Below, in pieces: positions 56,009-64,000 of a stretch of 64,000 bases of DNA (positions within the stretch are counted from its first letter, which is position 1; the number at the start of each line of letters is the position of its first letter). The position numbers and the translations under genes are program-made. The notes below the pieces were generated by a model. It had not been told where the DNA came from and made no database searches. It saw only the letters and a list, made by a program, of their open reading frames with translations. Origin of the DNA: Escherichia phage vB_EcoM_JE01; the sequence record PQ471460.1. One strand, given 5' to 3'.

Positions 56009-58186
56009 ATGATTATCACCACTGAAAAAGAAACAATTCTTGGTAATGGTTCTAAATCAAAAGCATTTAGCATCACAGCATCTCCTAAAGTATTTAAAAT
56101 TCTATCATCTGATTTGTACACAAACAAGATTCGCGCAGTAGTCCGTGAATTGATTACCAACATGATTGATGCCCATGCTCTTAATGGAAATCCTGAAAAA
56201 TTTATCATACAAGTTCCAGGACGATTAGATCCGCGATTTGTTTGTCGAGATTTTGGTCCGGGTATGAGCGATTTTGATATTCAGGGTGATGATAATTCTC
56301 CTGGGTTGTATAATTCATACTTCAGTTCATCTAAGGCTGAATCCAACGATTTCATTGGCGGATTTGGTTTAGGTTCTAAATCTCCGTTTAGTTATACTGA
56401 TACATTTAGTATTACTTCGTACCATAAAGGTGAAATTCGCGGTTATGTAGCTTACATGGATGGTGACGGTCCGCAAATTAAACCTACATTCGTAAAAGAA
56501 ATGGGTCCAAATGATAAAACTGGTATTGAAATCGTAGTTCCAGTTGAAGAAAAAGATTTTAGAAACTTTGCTTATGAAGTTTCTTATATCATGCGACCAT
56601 TCAAAGATTTAGCTATCATTAACGGTCTTGACCGCGAAATTGATTATTTTCCGGATTTTGATGACTATTACGGTGTAAATCCAGAAAGATACTGGCCAGA
56701 TCGTGGTGGATTGTATGCTATCTATGGCGGCATTGTTTATCCTATCGAAGGTGTTATTAGAGATCGTAACTGGTTAAGCATCCGCAATGAAGTGAATTAT
56801 ATTAAGTTTCCAATGGGTTCACTTGATATTGCTCCATCGCGTGAGGCTCTTTCACTAGATGATCGTACTCGTAAAAATATTATTGAGCGTGTTAAAGAGC
56901 TCAGTGAGAAGGCATTTAATGAAGATGTAAAACGATTTAAAGAATCTACATCTCCTCGTCATACATACCGTGAATTGATGAAGATGGGATATTCTGCTCG
57001 AGATTATATGATTAGCAATTCGGTCAAATTCACGACTAAAAATCTGTCATATAAAAAGATGCAAAGCATGTTTGAACCTGACAGTAAGTTATGTAATGCA
57101 GGAGTTGTGTATGAAGTAAATCTTGACCCTCGACTGAAACGCATTAAGCAAAGCCATGAAACTTCAGCCGTTGCATCAAGTTATCGTCTGTTTGGTATTA
57201 ACACAACAAAAATTAATATCGTTATTGATAATATTAAAAACCGCGTTAATATTGTCCGTGGATTAGCACGTGCATTAGATGATAGCGAATTTAATAACAC
57301 CTTAAATATTCATCACAATGAGCGTCTTCTGTTTATTAATCCGGAAGTAGAATCACAGATTGATTTACTCCCTGATATTATGGCAATGTTTGAAAGTGAT
57401 GAAGTTAACATTCATTATTTGTCAGAAATTGAAGCTTTAGTTAAAAGTTATATTCCAAAGGCAGTAAAAAGTACAGCTCCTCGTCCTAAAACTGCCACTG
57501 CATTTAAGTTTGAAATTAAAGACGGGCGTTGGGAAAAAGAGGAATTGTTTACGCTCACATCAGAAGCAGATGAAATTACTGGTTATGTAGCATACATGCA
57601 TCGTTCTGATATTTTCTCTATGGATGGTACTACATCGCTTTGTCATCCATCTACGAATATTTTGATTCGTATGGCTAATCTTATTGGCATTAATGAATTT
57701 TATGTTATTCGTCCGCTTTTGCAGAAAAAGGTAAAAGAACTTGGTCAGTGCCAATGTATTTTTGAAACTTTGCGTGATTTATATGTAGATGCTTTTGATG
57801 ATGTAGATTATGATAAGTATGTAGGTTATTCAAGTTCAGCTAAACGATATATTGATAAAATTATCAAGTATCCTGAGTTAGATTTTATGATGAAGTACTT
57901 CAGTGTAGATGAAGTTTCTGAAGAATATACACGACTCGCTAATATGGTTAGTTCATTACAGGGTGTATATTTCAACGGTGGAAAAGATACCATCGGTCAT
58001 GACATCTGGACAGTAACTAATCTTTTTGATGTATTATCAAATAATGCTTCAAAAAACAGTGATAAAATGGTTGCTGAGTTTACCAAGAAATTCCGTATTG
58101 TTTCCGACTTCATCGGTTATCGCAATTCTTTAAGTGATGATGAAGTTTCCCAAATCGCTAAAACTATGAAGGCCCTTGCGGCCTAA
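56009..58186 (+). CDS. rIIA: rIIA protein
   Basis: 725 aa; [56 protein letters not shown]... matches recalled T4 rIIA. Confidence 0.95.
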   Translation: MIITTEKETILGNGSKSKAFSITASPKVFKILSSDLYTNKIRAVVRELITNMIDAHALNGNPEKFIIQVPGRLDPRFVCRDFGPGMSDFDIQGDDNSPGLYNSYFSSSKAESNDFIGGFGLGSKSPFSYTDTFSITSYHKGEIRGYVAYMDGDGPQIKPTFVKEMGPNDKTGIEIVVPVEEKDFRNFAYEVSYIMRPFKDLAIINGLDREIDYFPDFDDYYGVNPERYWPDRGGLYAIYGGIVYPIEGVIRDRNWLSIRNEVNYIKFPMGSLDIAPSREALSLDDRTRKNIIERVKELSEKAFNEDVKRFKESTSPRHTYRELMKMGYSARDYMISNSVKFTTKNLSYKKMQSMFEPDSKLCNAGVVYEVNLDPRLKRIKQSHETSAVASSYRLFGINTTKINIVIDNIKNRVNIVRGLARALDDSEFNNTLNIHHNERLLFINPEVESQIDLLPDIMAMFESDEVNIHYLSEIEALVKSYIPKAVKSTAPRPKTATAFKFEIKDGRWEKEELFTLTSEADEITGYVAYMHRSDIFSMDGTTSLCHPSTNILIRMANLIGINEFYVIRPLLQKKVKELGQCQCIFETLRDLYVDAFDDVDYDKYVGYSSSAKRYIDKIIKYPELDFMMKYFSVDEVSEEYTRLANMVSSLQGVYFNGGKDTIGHDIWTVTNLFDVLSNNASKNSDKMVAEFTKKFRIVSDFIGYRNSLSDDEVSQIAKTMKALAA

Positions 58187-58197
58187 TAAGGAAAATT

Positions 58198-59136
58198 ATG
58201 TACAATATTAAATGCCTGACCAAAAACGAACAAGCTGAAATTGTTAAATTGTATTCAAGTGGTAATTATACCCAACAGGAATTGGCTGATTGGCAAGGTG
58301 TATCGGTTGACACAATCCGTCGTGTTTTGAAAAATGCTGAAGAAGCTGAACGCTCTAAAGTTACCATTAGCGGTGATATTACAGTTAAAGTTAATAACGA
58401 TACAGTTATTGCTCCAGTTGCTAAATCTGACATTATTTGGAATGCATCTAAAAAATTCATTTCAATTACTGTTGACGGCGTAACTTATAACGCAACTCCT
58501 AATACACATTCAAACTTCCAGGAAATTCTTAATCTGCTTGTTGCAGATAAATTGGAAGAAGCGGCACAAAAAATTAACGTTCGTCGCGCTGTTGAAAAAT
58601 ATATTTCCGGTGATGTTCGAATTGAAGGTGGAAGCTTGTTCTATCAAAACATTGAATTGCGGTCTGGTTTAGTTGATCGTATTCTCGATTCGATGGAAAA
58701 AGGCGAAAACTTTGAATTTTATTTTCCGTTCTTGGAAAATCTGCTGGAAAATCCAAGCCAAAAAGCGGTGTCTCGACTCTTTGATTTCTTGGTAGCAAAC
58801 GATATTGAAATTACAGAAGACGGCTACTTCTATGCTTGGAAAGTAGTTCGTAGCAATTACTTTGACTGTCACTCAAATACCTTTGATAACAGTCCTGGTA
58901 AAGTAGTTAAAATGCCACGTACTCGTGTGAATGACGATGATACACAAACTTGTTCTCGTGGTCTGCATGTGTGTTCTAAATCTTATATTCGTCACTTTGG
59001 CAGTTCAACCAGCCGAGTTGTAAAAGTTAAAGTACATCCTCGCGATGTAGTATCAATTCCGATTGATTACAACGATGCTAAAATGCGTACCTGCCAATAC
59101 GAAGTAGTTGAAGACGTTACTGAACAATTTAAATAA
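58198..59136 (+). CDS. rIIB: rIIB protein
   Basis: 312 aa; MYNIKCLTKNEQAEIVKLYSSGNYTQQELADWQGVSVDTIRR... matches recalled T4 rIIB. Confidence 0.95.
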   Translation: MYNIKCLTKNEQAEIVKLYSSGNYTQQELADWQGVSVDTIRRVLKNAEEAERSKVTISGDITVKVNNDTVIAPVAKSDIIWNASKKFISITVDGVTYNATPNTHSNFQEILNLLVADKLEEAAQKINVRRAVEKYISGDVRIEGGSLFYQNIELRSGLVDRILDSMEKGENFEFYFPFLENLLENPSQKAVSRLFDFLVANDIEITEDGYFYAWKVVRSNYFDCHSNTFDNSPGKVVKMPRTRVNDDDTQTCSRGLHVCSKSYIRHFGSSTSRVVKVKVHPRDVVSIPIDYNDAKMRTCQYEVVEDVTEQFK

Positions 59137-59148
59137 GGGCTTCGGCCC
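59137..59148 (+). terminator. UUCG-tetraloop hairpin
   Basis: gggc-ttcg-gccc directly after rIIB stop. Confidence 0.5.
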
Positions 59149-59164
59149 CTTACTGAGGAAAATT

Positions 59165-59359
59165 ATGTTAGGTTATCAAGCACGAGTAAAAGAAGAATAC
59201 GATCAATTAATGCTCAAAATTAATGCGCTGAGCAAATTTTTAGAAAGCACAAAGTTTCTAACGATTAATGAAGTTGAGCAAGAACTGCTGCTTTCACAAT
59301 TTATCTCAATGAAATCTTACGCAGATTGTTTAGAGAAAAGAATTGCACAATTCAAATAA
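59165..59359 (+). CDS. hypothetical small protein
   Basis: 64-aa ORF; SD GAGGAAAA. Confidence 0.45.
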   Translation: MLGYQARVKEEYDQLMLKINALSKFLESTKFLTINEVEQELLLSQFISMKSYADCLEKRIAQFK

Positions 59360-59365
59360 AATAAG

Positions 59366-59384
59366 GGGCTTCGGCCCTTTTGTT
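59366..59384 (+). terminator. rho-independent terminator
   Basis: gggc-ttcg-gccc TTTTGTTTT. Confidence 0.6.
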
Positions 59385-59397
59385 TTAAGGAAAAATT

Positions 59398-59727
59398 ATG
59401 ATTTATTGTATGAATATCGGTGATTCCGACATAAAAGAGATTAAACTGCACGGAAATCATCACGCTAATATTGTGTACTGCAATAAATTTGAGTTTGGTC
59501 ACGAAAAACTTGGGTTTCTTTACTGCAATGATGTTATAGTCATGGATAAAAAGAAACTCGATGAACTTGACCGTGAGTCTTTAAATGAAAATGATCGAAT
59601 TTATTATGGTACTCTTAAAGTATATAACGCTTATCTTAGTGGTAAAAAGGAAAGTCTAAATGCAGAAAACGAATCCAGGTTTACAGAGACTATTTCAGAT
59701 TCCGACATTTACCCTATCGAACAGTGA
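59398..59727 (+). CDS. hypothetical protein
   Basis: 109-aa ORF; SD AAGGAAAAA. Confidence 0.5.
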   Translation: MIYCMNIGDSDIKEIKLHGNHHANIVYCNKFEFGHEKLGFLYCNDVIVMDKKKLDELDRESLNENDRIYYGTLKVYNAYLSGKKESLNAENESRFTETISDSDIYPIEQ

Positions 59728-60217
59728 CTTGACTAGTGAAATGAAGGTCAAAATTGCTGATACAGCAAGATACTCTTTAAAACAAAATCCTAATCAGGAT
59801 AAAGCAGAAGTTATTGAAAGATGTCGCATCGCTGTGTACGCAGAATTTTTTGTAGCAGATTGGCTAAGAGGGTATGTTAACAAAGGCCAAGAGGATGTTA
59901 ATGACCCGTATACATATGCGTGGGATGTATTGGCACACCCAAGATACTGTGGACTTCGTGTAGAAGTCAAAACACATCAAACTGACTCACGTTGGATTTC
60001 GGTAACAACCGGATGCAGCGGAGAGTATCCATACGGTTCTGGAATAAATCTAGGGCCCATTCTGAATCATCAGGTCGCTGACTGTATAATTATATTCAAC
60101 ACTAAAGAAATTCATCCAGGTGTCATCCAGTACACTCCGAAGTTCATCGGTGATAGAGAAGACCTTCGTAAGGTTGTAAGAAAAAGCAACTACAACGGAT
60201 GGTATCTTTCTATTTAA
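59660..60217 (+). CDS. denB: endonuclease IV-like protein (putative DenB)
   Basis: 185 aa, same length as T4 DenB, at the syntenic position after rIIB; start overlaps upstream ORF. Confidence 0.5.
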   Translation: MQKTNPGLQRLFQIPTFTLSNSDLTSEMKVKIADTARYSLKQNPNQDKAEVIERCRIAVYAEFFVADWLRGYVNKGQEDVNDPYTYAWDVLAHPRYCGLRVEVKTHQTDSRWISVTTGCSGEYPYGSGINLGPILNHQVADCIIIFNTKEIHPGVIQYTPKFIGDREDLRKVVRKSNYNGWYLSI

Positions 60218-60234
60218 AAAATTTTCACAAAACA

Positions 60235-60264
60235 GTTTACATACCACAAGGACCGTGGTACTAT
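60235..60264 (+). promoter_or_regulatory. T4-type early promoter
   Basis: GTTTAC, 18 nt, TGGTACTAT; conserved leader. Confidence 0.55.
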
Positions 60265-60291
60265 ACAACTATCAGCTACGGAGGAGTAAAA

Positions 60292-60555
60292 ATGAAATTT
60301 AAATTTTATTACGCTAAACATAAAATAACTGATGAGTTCGTGTCAGTTGAATATTCTAGCGACGATGAAGGTATGATTTATACTCACTTGGGACTATCGC
60401 ATTGGGAGTCTGATACGCCTTATTTTTCAACTCCCGAAGAAATTACACGCTTAGTTAATGGTCATATGAATGACCACTGGAATGTAATTCTTTCAGATAG
60501 TCTTAAAGCGGCTATTAATAGTAATGAAATGAAAATCGCTGAGATTGAACTATGA
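60292..60555 (+). CDS. hypothetical protein
   Basis: 87-aa ORF; SD GGAGGAG. Confidence 0.5.
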   Translation: MKFKFYYAKHKITDEFVSVEYSSDDEGMIYTHLGLSHWESDTPYFSTPEEITRLVNGHMNDHWNVILSDSLKAAINSNEMKIAEIEL

Positions 60556-60638
60556 GTTCATTATGGTGGTGTTTTGTTTGGTTAATTAGTATTCCATTAA
60601 TTTGTTTAACATTTACTTTTGTGATGAGGTTATTATGA
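60552..60638 (+). CDS. tiny hydrophobic peptide (28 aa)
   Basis: ATGA overlap; single predicted TM helix. Confidence 0.3.
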   Translation: MSSLWWCFVWLISIPLICLTFTFVMRLL

Positions 60639-60733
60639 AAATTTTTAATTCTGTACTTATTGCTTGTGCGTGGTGGGTTGCACAAGTTTCGGCAGTAGTA
60701 ATTGGTATTCACATTTATTACGAATATTTTTAA
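60635..60733 (+). CDS. tiny hydrophobic peptide (32 aa)
   Basis: ATGA overlap; single predicted TM helix. Confidence 0.3.
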   Translation: MKIFNSVLIACAWWVAQVSAVVIGIHIYYEYF

Positions 60734-60740
60734 AAAAGTT

Positions 60741-60793
60741 GTTTACAAGACTGTTCCTCTGTGGTATTATTACTCTATCAACTACGGAGGAAC
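60741..60793 (+). promoter_or_regulatory. early promoter inside a stem-loop (PeSL-type), copy of the 7512 cassette
   Basis: GTTTAC, 18 nt, TGGTATTAT; stem gttcctctg/cggaggaac. Confidence 0.6.
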
Positions 60794-60798
60794 AGAAA

Positions 60799-60912
60799 AT
60801 GAAAAAGATTGTTAAAGCTATATGGAATGTAGTTATAATACTAGTAGTTTTGAGTATATTCCCAATCGTTTTAATGATTGATGTATTAAACGCTTACTTT
60901 GGATTTATGTGA
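60799..60912 (+). CDS. small membrane peptide (37 aa)
   Basis: First ATG after cassette SD. Confidence 0.35.
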   Translation: MKKIVKAIWNVVIILVVLSIFPIVLMIDVLNAYFGFM

Positions 60913-60919
60913 GGAAAAT

Positions 60920-61117
60920 ATGAAGCGTAAACGCAGTGCTTTTACATTTATTGAATGGTTTTTCGATAATATTTTTCCGGCTTTATTCATTTTCATGTTG
61001 ATTTTCGCCTTAGGTTCTGTTGTAGTTGGAATCTATTTGATGGCGGTTGTCGGAATGGATATTCACCAAAATGGTTTGAAATCTGTGGTTGAAACAATTT
61101 GGAATGGTGTAAAATAA
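60920..61117 (+). CDS. small membrane protein
   Basis: 65 aa; SD GAGGAAAA; hydrophobic core. Confidence 0.5.
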   Translation: MKRKRSAFTFIEWFFDNIFPALFIFMLIFALGSVVVGIYLMAVVGMDIHQNGLKSVVETIWNGVK

Positions 61118-61224
61118 TGAATTTACTAAGCATTTGGTTTTATATTCTTGTATTTTACATTGGCGCAAATATCCCATATTGGATGGGATGGTCAACAGCT
61201 GCATTTGGATTTTATACTCCTTGA
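61117..61224 (+). CDS. tiny hydrophobic peptide (35 aa)
   Basis: TAATG overlap. Confidence 0.3.
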   Translation: MNLLSIWFYILVFYIGANIPYWMGWSTAAFGFYTP

Positions 61225-61232
61225 GGTGAATT

Positions 61233-61448
61233 ATGAAAATTTTTAAAGATGTAAAAGTTGGTGAAATTTTCTGTTTAGATAATGGTGATCAGTTAATTCG
61301 TATTTCACCTCTTAAGAGCACTAGCGAGAAAATGACAGTTAACGCTACTTTAGCAAATAACAGTAATGAACGTTTCTGTATTGAAAATGATACTGAAACT
61401 TATACTGTAGAAGAGTTCTGGGAATTGAGCGTCGCCTGCGACGATTAA
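61233..61448 (+). CDS. hypothetical protein
   Basis: 71-aa ORF. Confidence 0.5.
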   Translation: MKIFKDVKVGEIFCLDNGDQLIRISPLKSTSEKMTVNATLANNSNERFCIENDTETYTVEEFWELSVACDD

Positions 61449-61508
61449 TTTATCGGCCGTATGAATTCATACGGCCTTGGAGTAGAAAATAATTTAGAGG
61501 AAATTAAC

Positions 61509-61964
61509 ATGAAATATATGACTGTTACTGATTTGAATAATGCAGGCGCAACTGTTATTGGTACAATCAAGGGCGGTGAATGGGTTTTTGGAACTCCGCA
61601 TAAAGACATTTTGTCTAACCCTGGATTTTACTTTTTAGTGAGTAAATTTGGTGGTCCATTTGATAGTCCGTGTGTATCTGCACGATTTTATGTAGGTAAT
61701 CAGCGTTCTAAGCAAGGATTCAGTGCAGTTCTAAGTCATATTCGTCAGCGTCGGTCTCAGCTTGCGCGTACTATTGCAAATAACAATGTTCCATACACAG
61801 TATTTTATCTACCTTCTTCTAAGATGAAACCTCTGACGACTGGATTTGGAAAAGGTCAGTTAGCTTTAGCGTTTACTCGTAATCATCATTCTGAGTATCA
61901 AACGCTTGAAGAAATGAACCGTATGTTGGCTGATAACTTTAAATTTGTTTTGCAGGCATATTAA
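61509..61964 (+). CDS. ndd: nucleoid disruption protein Ndd
   Basis: 151 aa from [25 protein letters not shown]...FVLQAY; matches recalled T4 Ndd. Confidence 0.8.
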
Positions 61965-62044
61965 TGAGTAATTTCCATAACGAACATGTGATGCAGTTCT
62001 ATCGTAACAATCTTAAAACTAAAGGCGTCTTCGGACGCCAGTGA
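61964..62044 (+). CDS. stp: Stp peptide (activator of the host PrrC anticodon nuclease)
   Basis: 26 aa [26 protein letters not shown]; matches recalled T4 Stp; TAATG overlap with ndd. Confidence 0.75.
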
Positions 62045-62051
62045 GGAAAAT

Positions 62052-62207
62052 ATGAATATTGCAAAATTATTAGGAGTTATTTCATTTATTTGTTGGATAG
62101 TAGCATGTGTTTTAACTATCTGTATAGATGCTAGCAGTGTGTTTTCGCAAGCTTTAGCTCAGGGTATGTGTGCATATTTAACATTTGCGTTGTTATCTAA
62201 TGATTAA
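62052..62207 (+). CDS. ac: Ac (acridine sensitivity) membrane peptide
   Basis: 51-aa hydrophobic peptide at the ac position after stp; SD GAGGAAAA. Confidence 0.6.
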   Translation: MNIAKLLGVISFICWIVACVLTICIDASSVFSQALAQGMCAYLTFALLSND

Positions 62208-62340
62208 GAAAATCTTGGGCTACTCGGTAGCCCTTGCTGCTTTATTGGTAGCACTATATTATGGAGTAATGTTCGGATTAATTCAAGTCGTGCTTTTCAT
62301 TTCTGATGTTATTATGGCACTACATTCACTAGTATGGTAA
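62200..62340 (+). CDS. small membrane peptide (46 aa; 52.1 position)
   Basis: Short hydrophobic ORF overlapping ac end. Confidence 0.3.
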   Translation: MIKKILGYSVALAALLVALYYGVMFGLIQVVLFISDVIMALHSLVW

Positions 62341-62344
62341 ATTT

Positions 62345-63673
62345 ATGCAACTGAATAATCGCGATTTAAAAAGTATCATTGATAATGAAGCATTGGCTTA
62401 TGCTATGTACACGGTTGAAAATCGTGCTATTCCAAATATGATTGATGGATTTAAGCCAGTCCAACGATTTGTTATCGCTCGAGCTCTTGATTTGGCACGA
62501 GGAAATAAAGATAAGTTTCACAAACTTGCTTCTATTGCAGGTGGTGTAGCTGACCTTGGATATCATCATGGCGAAAACTCTGCACAAGATGCGGGGGCTT
62601 TGATGGCTAACACTTGGAATAATAACTTTCCTTTGTTAGACGGTCAAGGAAACTTTGGTTCTCGTACTGTTCAAAAAGCAGCGGCAAGTCGTTATATTTT
62701 TGCTCGTGTAAGTAAAAATTTCTATAACGTATATAAAGATACTGAATATGCTCCGGTACATCAAGATAAAGAACACATTCCGCCTGCTTTCTATTTGCCT
62801 ATTATTCCTACTGTTCTTCTTAATGGTGTTTCCGGTATTGCAACTGGTTATGCAACTTACATTCTTCCTCATAGTGTTTCTTCTGTTAAGAAAGCTGTAT
62901 TACAAGCTCTTCAAGGAAAGAAAGTAACTAAACCGAAGGTAGAATTCCCAGAATTTCGCGGTGAAGTCGTTGAGATTGACGGGCAATATGAAATTCGTGG
63001 AACATATAAGTTTACTTCACGAACTCAAATGAATATCACTGAGATTCCGTATAAGTATGATCGTGAAACTTATGTGAGTAAAATCTTAGACCCGCTTGAA
63101 GATAAGGGCTTCATTACATGGGATGATGCTTGCGGTGAGCATGGTTTTGGCTTTAAAGTTAAATTCCGCAAAGAATATTCTTTGAGCGATAACGAAGAAG
63201 AACGCCATGCAAAAATCATGAAAGACTTCGGGTTGATTGAGCGTCGTTCCCAGAATATTACAGTCATTAATGAGAAAGGAAAGCTGCAAGTTTACGATAA
63301 CGTAGTTGATTTAATCAAAGACTTCGTTGAAGTTCGTAAAACTTATGTCCAAAAACGAATTGATAACAAAATTAAAGAAACTGAATCAGCATTTCGTTTA
63401 GCCTTTGCCAAGGCACATTTCATTAAGAAAGTAATTTCAGGTGAAATCGTTGTACAGGGTAAAACTCGCAAAGAACTGACCGAAGAACTTTCTAAAATTG
63501 ATATGTATTCTTCTTATGTCGATAAACTAGTCGGAATGAATATTTTTCATATGACTTCTGACGAAGCAAAGAAACTTGCTGAAGAAGCTAAAGCTAAGAA
63601 AGAAGAAAACGAATATTGGAAAACTACTGATGTAGTTACAGAATACACCAAAGATTTAGAGGAAATCAAATGA
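62345..63673 (+). CDS. 52: DNA topoisomerase II medium subunit gp52 (GyrA-like)
   Basis: 442 aa; MQLNNRDLKSIIDNEALAYAMYTVENRAIPNMIDGFKPVQRFV... Confidence 0.95.
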   Translation: MQLNNRDLKSIIDNEALAYAMYTVENRAIPNMIDGFKPVQRFVIARALDLARGNKDKFHKLASIAGGVADLGYHHGENSAQDAGALMANTWNNNFPLLDGQGNFGSRTVQKAAASRYIFARVSKNFYNVYKDTEYAPVHQDKEHIPPAFYLPIIPTVLLNGVSGIATGYATYILPHSVSSVKKAVLQALQGKKVTKPKVEFPEFRGEVVEIDGQYEIRGTYKFTSRTQMNITEIPYKYDRETYVSKILDPLEDKGFITWDDACGEHGFGFKVKFRKEYSLSDNEEERHAKIMKDFGLIERRSQNITVINEKGKLQVYDNVVDLIKDFVEVRKTYVQKRIDNKIKETESAFRLAFAKAHFIKKVISGEIVVQGKTRKELTEELSKIDMYSSYVDKLVGMNIFHMTSDEAKKLAEEAKAKKEENEYWKTTDVVTEYTKDLEEIK

Positions 63674-63819
63674 GTCCATTCATAGGTATTACAAGCGCGG
63701 CATTAGTATCTGGCGGCATTTTACTAGCGGGGGTAGGTGTTGTTCCAGCCGTAGCAGGAGGTCTTCTTGCGTTCGGCATTCAACGTGTTATCATGACAGT
63801 TATCACAGTCATGCAGTAA
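63670..63819 (+). CDS. small glycine-rich membrane peptide (49 aa)
   Basis: ATGA overlap with gene 52 stop. Confidence 0.4.
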   Translation: MSPFIGITSAALVSGGILLAGVGVVPAVAGGLLAFGIQRVIMTVITVMQ

Positions 63820-63825
63820 ATTTTA

Positions 63826-63851
63826 GGGAGAGCCGAGGCTCTCCCTTTTTT
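63826..63851 (+). terminator. rho-independent terminator
   Basis: gggagagc-cgag-gctctccc TTTTTT. Confidence 0.7.
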
Positions 63852-63877
63852 ATTTTAATTTTTTTTTTCACAAAACG

Positions 63878-63907
63878 GTTTACAACCAAAGCATACTATG
63901 GTACTAT
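63878..63907 (+). promoter_or_regulatory. T4-type early promoter for motA
   Basis: GTTTAC, 18 nt, TGGTACTAT; conserved leader. Confidence 0.6.
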
Positions 63908-63948
63908 ACAACTATCAACTACTGATACAGAATTACGGAGATTAGAAA

Positions 63949-64000
63949 ATGTCTAAAGTAACTTACATCATCAAAGCTTCTAACGATGTTCTGAATGAAA
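63949..64000 (+). CDS. motA: middle-transcription activator MotA, N-terminal part (3' end lies outside window)
   Basis: MSKVTYIIKASNDVLNE matches recalled T4 MotA N-terminus; synteny after gene 52. Confidence 0.8.
   Translation, partial: MSKVTYIIKASNDVLNE

Noticed and set aside
1-64000. tRNA genes, rRNA genes and CRISPR arrays
   Set aside because: No cloverleaf-like conserved tRNA sequences, no direct-repeat/spacer arrays and no rRNA-like stretches were seen; the T4 tRNA cluster lies in a different genome region.
1-64000. Prophage or integrative element signatures (integrase, att sites)
   Set aside because: Gene content and order are those of a lytic T-even genome; no integrase or recombinase ORF was seen.

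Overview
This window is a contiguous block of a T4-like (T-even, Tevenvirinae) phage genome, running from the 3' end of tk to the start of motA. Nearly every gene is on the + strand. Recognised genes in order: tk, rI, nrdC, 49, nrdD (no intron), nrdG, nrdH, 55, a-gt, 47, 46, rpbA, 45, 44, 62, regA, 43, imm, 42, uvsX, 40, 41, dmd, sp, 61, 56, soc, modB, modA, dda, dexA, 39, rIIA, rIIB, denB, ndd, stp, ac, 52, motA. Identifications rest on recalled T4 protein sequences, lengths and synteny; no search was run. Two features differ from T4 and resemble T2/T6: gene 39 is one uninterrupted 605-aa ORF, and the beta-gt position holds a 280-aa ORF with a DxD motif instead. Regulatory signals are dense: GTTTAC/extended -10 early promoters (many inside stem-loops), MotA-box middle promoters, two to three TATAAATA-like late promoter candidates and many UUCG-tetraloop hairpins. 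No tRNA, rRNA, CRISPR array or integrase was seen. The best candidates for something undescribed are in the accessory island between rI.-1 and nrdC (about 2.1-12.9 kb): a Pol-beta-type nucleotidyltransferase ORF, a P-loop ATPase, a tandem pair of paralogs and a four-gene array of coiled-coil-tailed proteins. Three homing-endonuclease genes and repeated promoter/stem-loop cassettes are also present. Regulatory coordinates are approximate to a few bases.
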